Source of the DNA: Stegostoma tigrinum
Lineage: Eukaryota
Direction: 5' to 3'
Length of the DNA stretch: 64,000 bases
Assembly: GCF_030684315.1 (NCBI RefSeq)
Contig: NC_081395.1
Span: 5,648,478-5,712,477 of the forward strand
Shown here: piece by piece, positions 24,528 through 38,541 of the stretch
How positions within the stretch are numbered: the first letter of the stretch is position 1
Layout: each line of letters begins with the position of its first letter
Position numbers and translations under genes: made by a program
Notes under the pieces: generated by a model
Told to the model about the DNA's origin: nothing
Seen by the model: only the letters and a program-made list of their open reading frames with translations
Databases searched by the model: none

Positions 24528-26013
24528 TTATTGTCTATCCCTAATTGCACAGAGGACATTTCAGAGTCAACCACGTTGCTGTGGGTCTGGAGTCATATGT
24601 AGGCCCAGACCAGGTAAGGATGGCAGTTTCCTTCCCTAAAGGACATTAGTGAACCCAATGGGTTTTTCTGACTACAACAATGGATTCACGGTCATCGTTA
24701 TCGTCTTAATTCCAGATATTTATTGAATTCAAATTCCACCATCTGCTGCTGTGGGATTCTAATCTGGTTGCCCAGAATGTTATCTGAGTTAAAAGTTAGA
24801 AACTTTATTCCCGACAGGACAGTGATTGTGGCTGTTGGAGTCGGGTGGCTGGACAGGGTAAGAGAGGCTGTCCCTGTCCCTTTCTGGAAGATGTGGCGAG
24901 GAAGGAGGTACCCAAGCAGCTATTACAGTTAACTCCAGGAATTTCTCTTCAATCAAATAGGGGCCGATGGCCAAGAGGGCATGCTCCAAACAGTGGCGAG
25001 GAATAGGTAACTGAAGTGCTGTTCTTAACACTTGTTGTTGTTATATGGAGCATCCAGGTGAAGTAGTGATGGTGAAAAAGTAGTGGAGTTGCCTAAAACG
25101 TTTAGGTACTGCAGAGTGAAAAGGAGCCAGGGCCCTGGAGGTAATAGTCAAGGTGCTAAGCTCTAACATTCCAATTGATATAGGGGCACCTGCAGCACTG
25201 GTAGGAATTCAAGAATTTGCCACTTTATGGGTTAACAAGGAAGTAGCTGCCAAACTTACTGTGTAGTACAGCTGTTCTTTTCACCCTTTTAGTGGAGTCT
25301 GTTTTGGGAAAGCAAGGTGACTGACTTCCAAAAAAGCTGAAATTGCAGCTCTTCTGTCAAACAATTGCCTAGTACTGCAGTGTGCATGTTTAAAAACTTT
25401 GCCAAGGAGCTGGTGTGCAAATACGCGCACACAGTGGACTGTTGGGGCAAATGTCTTTTCGCATTTTGATTTTGATTATCCCAAAGTATGTTGAGGCTAG
25501 GAAAAAAGTTCATCTTAATATCAATATTTTCTGTTTGAAAGTGTCACTGTCACTCACTCTCTCATGAAATATATCAAGGGCAACTGGTTGGGATCCTGCT
25601 GAAAGTCAGCGAAATAAACTAAGTTTTTGAAAATTAAAACAAGGTATTTGTTCCCTCAAACGATTTGGCTCGGGACATGGAGTGAAAGAAACCCCACGCA
25701 ATGCCTGACCAAACAAAATTAAACTCATACCGCTTCATTCAACAGTCTGTCCACCTGTAAGAACCTCCACTTACTTCTCATTTTAGTACATGTGGCTCTT
25801 TTGGTGCAGTACTCTTCAGCCGCTGAGCCAGGATTGCTGGCCTGCGTTCCAAACTTCCTGACCTGGCTGAGACAAGCTGAAAAATGTGCCAATTGGTCTG
25901 GTTTTTGGCCAGTTGGCTGCGTGGGCAACCCCCATCGATCTGTTTCAGATTGACTTTGTCATCGATTCTGCTCGTATGCACCTCACACAACGGTTATTCT
26001 CTTTTCTGACCAG

Positions 26014-26106
26014 GTGCTGTACATCCAGGCATTTGTCTTGGTCTTCCTCATCGGCAAGTTCATGCGGAAAGTGTTCTTTGGGCAGTTGCGCGCTGCAGAG
26101 ATGGAG
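26014..26106 (+). CDS. SYVN1: SYVN1 coding exon 2 (VLYIQAFVLVFLIGKFMRKVFFGQLRAAEME)
   Basis: 93 bp, bounded by cag and gtgagc. Confidence 0.95.
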
Positions 26107-28398
26107 GTGAGCTTATAATGGCTGTTGCAGTTTCTGGCCTTGCTGGGCTATTGCCATGTCACTGCGAAGTGCTGATTACGGTGGTGTGCAGTTGGTGATT
26201 CGGCGTGTAATTTCCTCAGTTATCAATCACAAGTTACTGTGGGAGTGCATTCAGTAACATGGGAGAATTGGGTTTATACTTGAAGGAACCTCCAGAGGAA
26301 GTGGTGGATAGGTGTACAGTTAAAACGTGGTAAGAAAATTTGGATAAGCACATGAATAAGAAATGTTTGGATGGAGCTGGGCCAAGCATAAGCTGGTGGG
26401 GCTAGTTCTCTTTGTGATTATGGATGGCACAAACTGCTCGGACCCAAGGATCTGTTTCAGTGCTGTACGATTGCATTTTTTTGCCGAACTCTAGAGAGAG
26501 CAGGAAAGAGACATTGAGCTAATGTGGCTACTGGGTTCAAAATGTTGTTGCACAGACCACAAATCAGGGAGGATTAACAAAGCAGCTGGTAGAGATTACT
26601 GGGATTGGAGTACTGAAGCTAGGATTGAAGTACTAAATCTTTAGAGAGCAGTGGTCTGGCCCAGCTGGAATATTTGGTGGTGGGGGTGTGGTTCTCATGA
26701 AAGGATGCCCTGGAAATTTGCTTGGATGTCTCCAGGGTACTCTAGTCATGTGAAGTCACTGGAGAGCCTGGGCCTATCCGTTTGATTAAAAGCCGAACAC
26801 TGTGCTGGCAAAACTCAGCCGGTGTGGCAGCATCTGTAGAATTTCACGGATGCTGCCAGACCTGAATTTCTCCATTCTGTGTTTATTTCTGGCCTGGTCC
26901 TTCTTGGAGTAGAGACAGTGAAGGGAGCACTCGACATTTGTTTCTTTGGGTTTCGACAGCCAATGATGAGAATCTGTTCCCAATTGCTTAAGTGTTGGTC
27001 ACCAGAGGGCACAGATGGGGCATTGCAGGAAGAGTTTTTGTAGTGTGAAAAGAGACCTTTTAGCCCATGTCCTTGCTGGTCATCAAGCATCCATCTAATC
27101 TAAGATAAGAGTGTGGAGCTGGACGAACACAGCAGGCCAAGCAGCATTTTAGGATTACAAAAGCTGACGTTCCGGGCCTCGACCCTTCATCAGAAAAGGG
27201 GGTTGGGGAGATCCATTTCCCAGCACTTGGGGCACAGTCTAGTATTGAGTAGACAGGCATTTCAAGTGTACACAGGTCTGAAGTGTCTCGAGGGTTCCCA
27301 TCTCTGCTACCCTTTCAGGAGGTAGGATGTTGCTGAGCACATCTTTGGCAACTGTGTTTTCCCAGATGGCCACTGTGACTTGCATGAACTCCTTTGCAGG
27401 GGGTGGAGGGCTGCAAACACACACTGGCATTTCTCAAGGTGGGGCTGTTTTTGGAAGAGTGATGTTTCAGATCAAAGCCAGGCTATTCCAGTGTGAAGGG
27501 GCTGAATGGCCTGCAGGTGAATGAAAGGAAAATGGGGGTGAGTAAGCCTGACAAGATGACATTTCCCATTAGTTTTTGGGGCAGCGGGTGAGAAGGAATT
27601 ATTGAAACTGAAGTAGTGATTAGGGGTTTAAAGTGCGCGGTCTGATAGTGTAGATTGACTTAATAGTTTTCGAAAGGGAATCAGATAAACCACTGCAGAA
27701 ATGATGGGAAAGAACAGGATGAGGGAGTGACTGGATTAATGTCCTGGCCTTGTGTGAATGAGGAGAAAATATCCAAATCACCACCTGGCTCCATATTGAA
27801 ATATCTTTGTGGCCATCGGGACTGATCAAGGACAGAAACTATGTCAGCTGCCTCCTGTATCTTTCCCTGCAGCCAACACTGTTAACACAGCCTGATGCCT
27901 CTCAGTTTCTCCTTGTGAAGTTTCAGGCCGCAAACAGCCAGTCACCCGACAACTAAGGCATAACACTTGTTTGTAATATGGTTGAGGGAGATGCCACCTG
28001 ACTGTAGGAGGGCCACAAACTTGCCTGCATTCTGTAACGGTGTGAAGCGAGAATGTTATTAATGTTGTTCCGCATGGCCAGCCCTCGACTTGCTTCCTCC
28101 AAACCAGAACTTTGCTGCAAATTTAGTCAGCCTTGACGGCACATTATTTGGCTGACTAATGTTGGGGCAGATACGGTCACAGATCAGTAACTGGCATGTA
28201 GGAGCAACTTAGTCTGACTGCTGCGTTTGATTGTGCTGTTGAAGGAGGACCAATGCAATGTTTGTGTTTTCACTGTCTTTCCCCCCCCACCCCCAACCAA
28301 TTGGTGTTTTCCACTCTGCACTGCAGCATCTGAATTAACATCACCATGATACCAATCCTGCATGGGCTAGTGCTCTCAGAGATGAGTGGAATTATTGG

Positions 28399-28643
28399 GA
28401 CTAAAAACAGAAGTTGCTGGAAAAGCTCAACAGGTCTGGCAGCATCTGTAAAGGAAAAAACAGATAATGTTTCAGGTCCAGTGACCCCTCCTCAGAACTG
28501 ATCTGAGGAAGGGTCACCAGACCCAAAATGTTAACGTTTTTATTTTTCCTTCACAGATGCTGCTAGACCTGTTGAGCTTTTCCAGCAACTTCTGTTTTTA
28601 TTCATGATTTACAGCATCCACAGTTCTTTTGGTTTTTATTTGT
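28399..28643. mobile_element. Palindromic PLE-derived element (second family) in a SYVN1 intron
   Basis: About 100-bp inverted arms around the centre tcctcagaactgatctgagga; aattattgg direct repeat at 28390 and 28644. Confidence 0.75.
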
Positions 28644-29517
28644 AATTATTGGAAGATGCTCCTTGACACTGACTGAGACTTCCCTCCAGGCTTCATACAA
28701 TCAGAAAAATACATCTAGCATATTATTACACACATGGCTCTTAACTCACTCCAGTGGCAATTTGAATTTGTTTCTCATTGCTTTATTCACTTCATGCTGG
28801 GACTGGAGGTAAAGAAATGTTTATGTTCACCACAACCTAGATGTCTTTGTTTGTGAGTCATTCAAAGCTGGTGCTTTAAGCAGTCAGACAAGGGGTATAT
28901 TCACCATTAATGCTAAAACATCCAAGTACAGGAGTAGAGCTGACTTGGCGCAGTCGTGCAATGCCTTGCTGTGACTGTGCAAAGTTTCCCAATGTTCCGT
29001 CCCCATCAGTCAGCTAAGTGGGCTGAAGGCCATCAAAGTACACCTGTTCCAGTGAGGGAGCAGTCTTCCATTTTGGTATTAATCCATTGACTCTCAACGT
29101 GCTGACTGTGGCTTGTTCTGCACTGGTGCGGCAAGCAATTAAGGCAACTAGTGTATTGGCTGTTTTATTACAAGGTGGGTTTGTGTACCTGATGAAAGCT
29201 GTCTTACTGCAGGTTTAAAGAGTGTTGTGTACAGATACACTTTTCTAGGTATGCTTGCTTTCACGGGAGTGCAATGGAAGTTCAGTAGACTGATCCCTGG
29301 GATGATGGGATTGTCCTTGAGGAAACTGTGCCTCTAATTGCTGGAGTTTATAAGAATGAAAAGTGATCTTGTTGAAGCATACAAAATTTTTACGGGGGCC
29401 CTGACAAAGTGGGCGCAGAACGGATGCTTCCTGCTGATTGTGAGGGTGTTGAGGATCTCTTTCATTATTTAAAGATACTTGGATTTTCTAAAGCTGTTTC
29501 CATCCTATCTTCCGCAG

Positions 29518-29670
29518 CATTTAATCGAGCGTTCCTGGTACGCTGTTACTGAGACCTGCCTGGCTTTCACCGTCTTCCGGGATGATTTTAGCCCACGCTT
29601 TGTGGCCCTCTTCACCCTGCTGCTCTTTCTCAAGTGCTTCCACTGGCTAGCTGAGGACAGGGTGGACTTT
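29518..29670 (+). CDS. SYVN1: SYVN1 coding exon 3 (HLIERSWYAVTETCLAFTVFRDDF...HWLAEDRVDF)
   Basis: 153 bp, bounded by cag and gtaagt. Confidence 0.96.
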
Positions 29671-30394
29671 GTAAGTGTTTCTGGTGTTTCATGCTCCTGA
29701 GCTGCTGATGAATTGGGCGTTTGTGTGCTGTGAAGTGAAAGTTGCAAATGTGAATCAGGCTGCCCGTGTGCTCGTGGTTTGCAGCTATTCCCTCCCTACT
29801 GACTGATCATGTCTGACACGATCAGGGGGAGTGGAGGGGGACACGGTTGATGGGTCATTGCTCTGCCTGAAAGAGCGGTGGTAGCAGATCCGGTGGAACT
29901 TTTCAAAACGGGAGTTTGGATAAATACTGGGAAGGGGAGAAACTGCGGACCCACAGTGGAGTGGGAGAAAGAATGGGATTGCAGGGATAACTCCTTAAGG
30001 CTGCACAGGCATGATGGCCTGAATGGTTGTCTTTTTGGTGTAGCAGCTGCTTGCTAGCCTGGATTGTCAGGGAGGCTTAGTTTTGTCCTGATCGATCCAA
30101 ATGTTAAACCACTCATTGTTTCTGTGCGATGCATTGCAACAATGTGATGGCTTACAGTAGAGGCTTCGGTTTCTGAGATTGGTGCTTCCAATTTTCTTCC
30201 AACTACTTTCTTAGTCCAAGCCTTGGGCTTGTCACTGGCTTTAAGCAGAATAGAAAGAAGGGTCTTCCCCCAACTCGGTCTTGCTCTCGCTCTCTGCACA
30301 GGGGAATGGAACACTTCCAAGCATCCACATTGCCCCTTTCTTTAGCTTATTATTAATAAAGCACTCCCAGAGTAGCGTGGCTTATACACATTAT

Positions 30395-30520
30395 AGCTCT
30401 GTCTACTCTCTCTTCATCTGACAGTAAAGCTTCCCCCATTTAAACCCTCCCAGGACAAGGACAGCACAGGGTTAGATACAGTAAAGCTCCCTGCGACTGT
30501 TTCAGTCAAAAGCTCATCAG
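30395..30520 (+). repeat. Decayed shark satellite-like repeat (acagtaaagctccc...cccaggaca..acagcacagggttaga)
   Basis: Two partial units; a reverse-orientation relative lies at about 33785-33895. Confidence 0.5.
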
Positions 30521-30789
30521 CATCTGCCATGTCCTACAGCAGTCACATGAAGTAAGGTTACTAATTCGGGGTAGCTTTATGCTGTGAGCTTGTTCCTGCT
30601 AAGGCTGGGACTCTGTTAATTCATTCCATTGAGATCCCAATGTCAGCAGACAATGGGTTTGGATGCTAGCCCAGGAGAATAGAGACCAGAAGTCTTGCCC
30701 ACTGTCAGCTTGTTTTGTGTGCAGCATTGCTGTGTCGCAGATTGTGTGCACGTCACCTGAACACATTCCTGTTTTTTGTTTCTGCACAG

Positions 30790-30838
30790 ATGGAGCGGAG
30801 TCCAAACATCTCGTGGCTTTTTCACTTCAGAGTTGTCT
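30790..30838 (+). CDS. SYVN1: SYVN1 coding exon 4 (MERSPNISWLFHFRVV)
   Basis: 49 bp, bounded by cag and gtgagt. Confidence 0.93.
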
Positions 30839-33800
30839 GTGAGTATTGTGCCTCATGGTTAAGTGAAAGCTTCACATCATTCTTGAGTTTCATGCCATCT
30901 ACGTTTAGTCCAGTGAGGGGAACAGATGTTACCTGTGTCGTCAGCTTCTGTGAACAAGATGATCCAGGAGAATGTGGTAGCACCATCCACTGAGGGGCTG
31001 AGGTCTTATTGGGATCTGGATCAGTTGTTCTGGAGCCAAATGATTTCCTCAAGCCCCGATTTTTAAGTAATTGGATCAAGCGTGTCCCCTTGCTCCAAGG
31101 CATCCCGAGAGAGAAGGGGAAAAGTTACTGCTGCTGCTCGTAATCAAGGCCACTTTCTGTTTCAATGAAATTGCCAACAAGGCCCTGCAATCTCATGTGA
31201 CAAAATGTGGAGTTGACGTGTTCGGTCCCCGTCGACAGTGGTGTTGACTTCTTGTTTGTCACTGCGCCAGCGTTTCTTATCTCTGTATCAATCTTTTCGT
31301 TCTCTGGCCTATAAATTCTAGTCAGGTCTCCGAAATCACTTGACTTGTAATTTTGTCACCTTATGATGACTTTGAGGTATTCCCAAAGCACTTTGCAGCC
31401 AGTTTTCGGAGGTAGGAGGTAATGCAAAGACCAATTTGCACAGAACAAGCTCTCTCAAATAGCAATGTGACCGTGATCCAAATTTTCTTTCCACGTATTA
31501 CATATTGGTTGACGGACAAGTATCGGAACAAGCCATTTGGGGAGTGGGGTGGCGGGGGGAGACGCGGATGCCCATGCTCAGCAAGCCCACTGCTGAGAAG
31601 GGCAAAGGTCACGGGCATTTGGGAACTCCAGCTGCAAACCCTGCCCCATCCTGGCTTGGAACTGTATCGATGGCTCCTTCACTGTCACTGGGTCAAAGTC
31701 CTGGAACTCCCTCCTGAACAGCAATATCTACCACTGACTGCTAATAGCAGTTTAGAGAGGATGTTCCACCACCTTCTCAGGAGGGCTTTGGGGCTGGATG
31801 TTAAATGTTGGCATCGCCAGCAATGCCCACATCCCACAATGGAATCTTTTTATTTGGCCTTGAGATCTTTAGCACCTACGTGAGATGGCCGAAAAGGTTG
31901 AACGCTCATCTGAACAATGGCACTTCTGACAGTGCAGTAGCTCATGGAGTTCTGCTCCGACTGTCATCCAAATTGATGTGTTTAGGTTTCTGGAGTTGGG
32001 CCTTCAGATTCCGATGATCAGCGAATAGCTGCCTTACAACTAACACTGAAGAGAATAGTTTCTGCGTAAAAGTCCCCGGTCCCCTCAAGTTCATTTACAA
32101 GAAGCAGATGCTGAGGATTTGCATAGACGTTACTAAATACTGAATTCAGGGACTTTCCCGCTCACTGCTCCACACAGCTGCTGCTTCTTCGAGCTGACGT
32201 GTCCTGTCGGTATTTGCCACAGCTTGTGGAGACTAGACCACTTGTTAAATCAGACGTCAAGGGAGCAGCCAGCCTTCTGGCGGCGCTGCTGCTTGTGCCA
32301 CCCTTTAAAGGAATACTATCTCTGCCATCTCTCTCGGCTTGTAAGCTGCTGACCTCTCCAAATCACTCTGTGAACTGTAAAATGAAAGGAATTAGAATCT
32401 ACAGGACAAGAAAAGCAGATTACATTGTGTGAATGGTCGTATATGATATTCGTGTATGGTATTTGTCTAAGGAAGGATGGCCTTGCCATAGAGGGAGAGT
32501 GCAGTGAAGATTCACCAGACCAATCCTAGACCAAGGGTCTAGAGTGGGGAATTGTTTGAGTTGCCCATTGGTGAAGTGTTGTTAGTTGAACACAGCAGTT
32601 TCCGCAATCAGTCATGGCCTCCATGCTCATAGCAACCAGAGAAGATAATTAAGTGTCTCATAAAAACCTTTGAGTGAAAGTGAAAACCTGTTATTCAGTG
32701 AAGTGTAGAAGGGAAAGTCAGATCCCGCTATAATCAAAGGCTTAAGTAATTGCCGTTATGTATTGTACGTATAGGTATCCTGAAATTATAAGTGTAACTA
32801 ACAAACTAACATCCTTTCTGCAAATTGCTGTAGATAGATAGAAACTTGACATATCATCAGGGGCTATTGAAGAACCATTAGTATAAACGCTGAGGGCCTA
32901 ATGATGTTCAATGAAAGCTATAAACAGAGAACCTAATAAAAGAACACCGGAAAACAGCATTGTAAGGGGGCAGTTGTGAAGCATTACATAGTTCTTGTGA
33001 CGGGAAAATAATTGCAGCATCGCTAGATTAAAAAAACTGTTCCCATTCAGGATGGTGCAGCTGGTGTCTGGGGAGGTGGCAAGTGCTGGTGTTGATGTTG
33101 TGAGACCATTTTATGGTGGAATGTATACATTTCCTGCTGGGAGGGTTGAGAGTAGTGTCTTGCAGTCTGTTTCCAATGATCTCTTCCAGGTTGTGTTGTC
33201 AGATGCTCTGAATAAAGATTGATTTTTGTGCTGCTGAAAATGGGACTAAGACTCCTTTAACATCCCTCTCCCACAGGGTGGCAGGATCAGTGAGGAGAGG
33301 GTGATGAAATTTAGCCCTGATTTTCTGGACTTGTAAATAATGAGGTCTGATCTCTGTGAAACTTCTTAAATTCCTGCAGGTTTTGCATGTGGGTGTGGTG
33401 GCTGGTGATGCTAGCATCAGAGGATGCTGTCGCAGGATATGTGCTAAACCACTTAGGGTTGAGATGAGGAATTTCTTCACCTGAGACAGTAGTGAAGTTT
33501 TGTAAATCTCACCCTAGAGGAATGTGGTGACTCAGTGACTCTGTACATTCAGAACAGGGTCTGATAAGCTCACATCAGGAGATTGAAGGTCAAGCGGGAA
33601 AGTGGCACTGGGGGATTCGTTAGCTGTGGTGTTATTGAATGCTAGAGCAGGCTCACTGGGCTGATTGGTGTCCTCCTATCTCTGAGTTGAAATGCACTGC
33701 ACAGTATGTATTGGGAAAGATGTACATGTTACACTTCTCAATGGGATGTGCTATTCTACATCAAATCTAATCTTAGCAGCTTCTGCCCTGGGAGTCCAGA

Positions 33801-34019
33801 TGGAGCTTACTTTGTCTAATCCCAAACTGTACCTATCCTTGGATTATCTGAGTGGGTCACTGTTGAAGGAGCTTTACTCTGCCTCTAACTCTGCAATGAA
33901 ACTTATTCTCGGAATGTGTTTTATGCTGTCCTGCAGTGGAATGAGCTTCACTTTCAGTATCCAGATGTTCATGCTTGGGATTTTAAAGCAACATCTGTCT
34001 GTCTGTCTTTCTCTTGCAG

Positions 34020-34123
34020 CACTGACAAGTTTACTGGCTGTGTTGGATCTGTTGTTTGTAAACCATGCCTGTCACAGCATCATGACTCGGGGAGCATCTG
34101 TCCAGCTGGTGTTTGGCTTTGAG
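34020..34123 (+). CDS. SYVN1: SYVN1 coding exon 5 (LTSLLAVLDLLFVNHACHSIMTRGASVQLVFGFE)
   Basis: 104 bp, bounded by cag and gtgagg. Confidence 0.95.
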
Positions 34124-35244
34124 GTGAGGATTTCCTCTTAAGGATATGTGGGGTGACAGTGGTGAATGATTAATGTACTACAAACAGGGAATGAATTCTT
34201 TTTTCCTTTTGGACGTTTTCTTTTCCTCTCTTGGAAGTAGTAATACTGACATAACCATGGTCCTGCTATTTACCTGGTTACTGGGGAATAAACACTGTGG
34301 ATTCTCCAACCTGCCCATAGACAACCATCAAAGTACTAAGTGCCATTCTTCAAGAGGAGATGACACTGTTGGCCAATACAGACAGAGAATTAAACAATTC
34401 AGCCCCTATCTCTACCTTTAGATCTTGTTCACCTTTTACAATACAGCCGACAACTGGACTGTAAGTAAATGTTCAGGTACAAAATCTTTAACCTGGGATG
34501 TGACCTTGAGAGCACATTACAGGCTAGGAATCCTGCAGTAAGGGAGGATTACCTTTTACCTCCTGACTCTCCAAAGCCTGACCTCCATCTACAACACAAG
34601 TCAGGTGTGTAATGGAATGCTGTCTGTCTATCGGATGAGTATACCTCCAAAAACACTGGAAGCTTGACACCATCCAGAACAAAGCAGTCCAGTGGACTGG
34701 CACCTTGTTCGCTACCCTCGGCATTCACTCCCTCTACACTGACTCTCAGCAACAGTATGTATCGTCTGCAAGTTGAAACACTGCAGGAACTCACTAAGGC
34801 TCCTTTTTAGCAGAATATTCCAAATCAGCCAGCTCTGTCAACAGGAAGGATAAGAGGGGCAGATCCATGGAAACGCCACCTGCGAGGTCCTTTTTGACCT
34901 CACCAGCCTAACCTGGAAATATATTGCCATTTCTTCTTCAATGCCACTGAGTGAAAATCCTACAATTTGTTTCCTTACAGTGCTATAGGTCTCCTATACC
35001 CAGCATTTCAAGAAAGCAGTTCACCACCGTCACCTTCTCTATGGACGATAACCGCAAGCCTAGCTAGCAATGCTCTGAAATTGCCGGTGATCCTGTCAAT
35101 TACCCTTTGCCAGTTATTCTGGTTACGCAGCGGATGGCAGATACTGACAGTGGTATAAGTTGGGATAATGAGATTCTTGGCAGTGGTGGTGATGCCATGA
35201 TTGTAGGGATAATGCTTTAACCTCTGTTCTGTGTTCACTTGCAG

Positions 35245-35371
35245 TATGCCATTCTCCTCACCATGGTGCTGACCATAGTCATCAAATACATTCTGCACAC
35301 TATTGATCTTCAGAGTGAGAATCCCTGGGACAACAAGGCTGTGTATATGCTGTACACAGAGCTCCTGACAG
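35245..35371 (+). CDS. SYVN1: SYVN1 coding exon 6 (YAILLTMVLTIVIKYILHTIDLQSENPWDNKAVYMLYTELLT)
   Basis: 127 bp, bounded by cag and gtatgg. Confidence 0.95.
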
Positions 35372-35652
35372 GTATGGACAGCAGTAAAAATGAGGGAGTG
35401 ACCAGACAGGCGAGGTGGTTGGGGTGGCTTGTAAAATTGCTGGGTGTGAGATGTATGGCAATTCTTGCTGTTCTTCCATCAAGACTCTGAAAGGGCGAAT
35501 GTGTTCTGAACTCTGATAGAACGCAGTGAAGACCAGCTGCTAACTTCCATCCTGGGTGTCCTTTGCTTAATTCCATGCTGTCGTATAATGTCATCTGCCT
35601 TGTGGTGCATGGCTGCTGCTCTTGTCAAAGCTGATCTTTCCATCTGTTTCAG

Positions 35653-35752
35653 GCTTCATTAAGGTGCTGCTGTACATGGCCTTCATGACCATAATGATCA
35701 AGGTTCACACGTTCCCTCTGTTTGCCATCCGTCCCATGTACCTGACCATGAG
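35653..35752 (+). CDS. SYVN1: SYVN1 coding exon 7 (FIKVLLYMAFMTIMIKVHTFPLFAIRPMYLTM)
   Basis: 100 bp, bounded by cag and gtgagt. Confidence 0.95.
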
Positions 35753-35979
35753 GTGAGTCCTTGCATGAGAAGGAAGCGGTATTTAGTCGTCCCCCCCCAT
35801 CCTCCTGCACAGGTAGTCTCAAATGATGACAGCAGCAGCTCCTAGGTGACGGGTGTTTCTGGAGAAACTTGAGTTTTCAGCTGCTGGGCAAGTTTGGGTT
35901 AGAAGTTGAGACTCTGGCATCAAGGTCAGATTTCTTAACGGTTTAGTGTTGCTATGTCAAAGCAACACACTTCATGTGT

Positions 35980-36540
35980 CATAGTCATACAGCATAAAAA
36001 CAGACCCTCCAGTCCAACCAGTCTATGCTGACCATGTTCCCAAATAAACTAGTCCCACATGCCTGTGCTTGGCCCCTATCCCTCAGCCTTTCCTATTCAT
36101 GTACTTATCCAAATGTCCTCTGAACGTTGTGACTGTACCTGCATCCACCACTTCCTCTAGAAGTTCATTCCATACACGAACCATTTTTTTTTTTTGGGGG
36201 TGGTAGGGGGGGATGGGCTGACCCTCCAGTCCTTTAAGTCTTTTTCCTCTCACCTTAAAATGTATCCTCCAGGCTTGAAATCTCCCAACCCAAGGAAAAG
36301 ACCTTTACATCTTATCTATATCCTCTCATGATTTTATAAAATGTCTACAAGGTCACCCCTTCATCTCTTGTACCCTGGTTAAAAATGTTCCTGGCCTATC
36401 CAGCCTCTCCTTTATAACTCGAGCATCCCAGTCCCGAAAACATCCTGGTAAATCTTCTCTGAACCCTTCTCAAGTTTAATAATATCTTGGCTACAACAGG
36501 GTGAGCAGAACTGGGTACAATACTTCAGAGGAGGCCTCAT
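35980..36540 (-). mobile_element. CR1/HER1-like LINE 3' fragment
   Basis: Reverse complement of the LINE tail seen at 41730-42220. Confidence 0.75.
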
Positions 36541-37097
36541 CGGTATGCCTCTCTTTTTGAGCTGCAGTGACGTTAGCAAGTGCTGCCAACAACTCATAGG
36601 CACAACAGGATCGCACCTCACCCCTGCCAAACTCGTCAACCAGATGAATTTATCCAGTTAACTGAGGGAAGAATGTTGACTTTAGTGACCAAGGCAACCC
36701 CTGGCTCTGGGCAGTTCCGAGACGTAGGGTACTTTAAAAGAAATTTCAGAGAAACCACTTCAAAAGGTTGGAATAAAGTAATTCGGAGGGAAACTGAGGA
36801 ACGAATCACCTTTTTGGGTGCAGGGTATTACAGAAGCCTTCCCAAAACACGACTGGAAATCAGACTTGGAGAAGGCAAGCTGTCTGGACCAAGTCACGTT
36901 AAACATGTCGAAATCCCCTGTGTCAAAGGCTCCCACCCACCTCCCAACCAACAAAAAAAATGCCTAATTGCTGCCAGCTTCCCTCTGCTCAGGTCAAGTG
37001 GCTGTGTTCTGAGTGCTGAAGTGCAAAGGGGCTGATGTTAGAACAAGAGCTTGTGACGGTCGTACAAACCTAATTATCTCCTTGCCTCCATTTCCAG

Positions 37098-37163
37098 GCA
37101 ATTCAAGAAGGCAGTGACCGATGCCATCATGTCCAGACGAGCTATTCGCAACATGAACACGCT
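37098..37163 (+). CDS. SYVN1: SYVN1 coding exon 8 (QFKKAVTDAIMSRRAIRNMNT)
   Basis: 66 bp, bounded by cag and gtgagt. Confidence 0.95.
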
Positions 37164-38424
37164 GTGAGTACTGAGCTTGGTGACCTTGCTTCCATTCACT
37201 CACCCTTTTTGATTGTCGTCCTGTGTAGCATTTGGCAGAACTTTGTGTGTGATCTTTTGCTGTTCCCCCTTGTTTGTTTTTATTTGTTCTTGGGATTTGG
37301 TTGTCACTGCCTGGGCCAGTATTTATTGGCTGTTCAGAAGGTAGTGGGGAGTTGTCATACTTAACCATAAGCACCAAGAACTGCAATTCAGGAGGGAGTT
37401 CCAGGAATTTGACCCAGAGAGACTGAAGGAATGGCCCATATGGTTGCAAGTCAGCATGGTGTGTGGCTTGGAGGGGAATGTGCAGATGGTGGTGTTCTGA
37501 TGAATCTGCCGCCCTTGTCCTTGGACACAGAGGTTGTGGGTTTGGAATCTGCTGTCGCAGGAACCTTGAGGCTGCAGTGCATCTTGGAGATCATACAATG
37601 CTGTGCCTGTGCCAAGTGACAGAGGGAGTGAATAATGAAGGTTGGCAATTAAATTCCAGACAAGTATGGATTATTCCATTGCACTCCAAATGAGTGCCTT
37701 GTAGATGGTGGGTGGGCTTTGGGAAGTCAGGAGGTCAAAGCTGTTCATGCAGAAATTCATTTCACCTGGACTTCACCTTGCTAGGCTATGAGTTGCTCCT
37801 TGCTGCATTTAATAAAATATGTTGTTCTTTATCCTATTTATGCTTCTGCAAAGCCTTAAGTCTGTGTTCCCAAGATCTTGTTCCTTGTCAATGGACGCAG
37901 CTTTACTTTGTCTACTTTCTGTACCCATGTCCTATTCTTCAAGAAATCTCCTCCTTTCAGTATCCTTTTTTCTCCATGGAGAACAGTCCCAAACATTCCA
38001 GACCACCTCATCAGCCCTGGAGCCACGCTGGTGAATATCCTCATGTCCTTACTGAAGTGTGGCGAACACAACTCGGGTCAATGCTGTTACTGGCATCTAA
38101 GTGAAACTTTATATCCTGAAATACAATACCTTCCCTGCTATTGGCCTGATAACTTGTACGTTTTGCTGAAGCCTCCCTCAACTGGACTTGTCACCCACTT
38201 TGTACTAGCAAATATATGTTGCCAGCATCACCTATGCTGTATCATTGGAACCTGAGGGTTTGTGGTCACTACTCTTAGCCATGGGAGCACAGCGTCCACC
38301 CTCTGTCTCCCTTGTCCTCCTGCTCGTGCTCTTTGGAATGTGACTCTCTGCACCAAGTCTGTTGTGATGTGCTAAGCACCCCCCCCCCCCCCCACCATTA
38401 TCTTTATCCGTTTGTCTCTGGCAG

Positions 38425-38541
38425 GTATCCTGATGCCAGTCCAGAGGAACTCCAGCAAACCGACAACGTCTGCATCATTTGCCGTGAGGAGATGGTGACT
38501 GGAGCCAAACGCCTGCCGTGTAACCATATCTTCCACACCAG
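38425..38541 (+). CDS. SYVN1: SYVN1 coding exon 9, first half of RING-H2 (YPDASPEELQQTDNVCIICREEMVTGAKRLPCNHIFHT)
   Basis: 117 bp, bounded by cag and gtgagt. Confidence 0.96.

Noticed and set aside
24243-24602. 119-aa ORF as a host or nested gene
   Set aside because: Truncated Penelope-type RT fragment running into SINE sequence.
27166-27193. Hammerhead copy on the minus strand (also about 45387-45411)
   Set aside because: The catalytic core is mutated (GAAA to GGAA; deletion in CTGATGA), so it is likely inactive.
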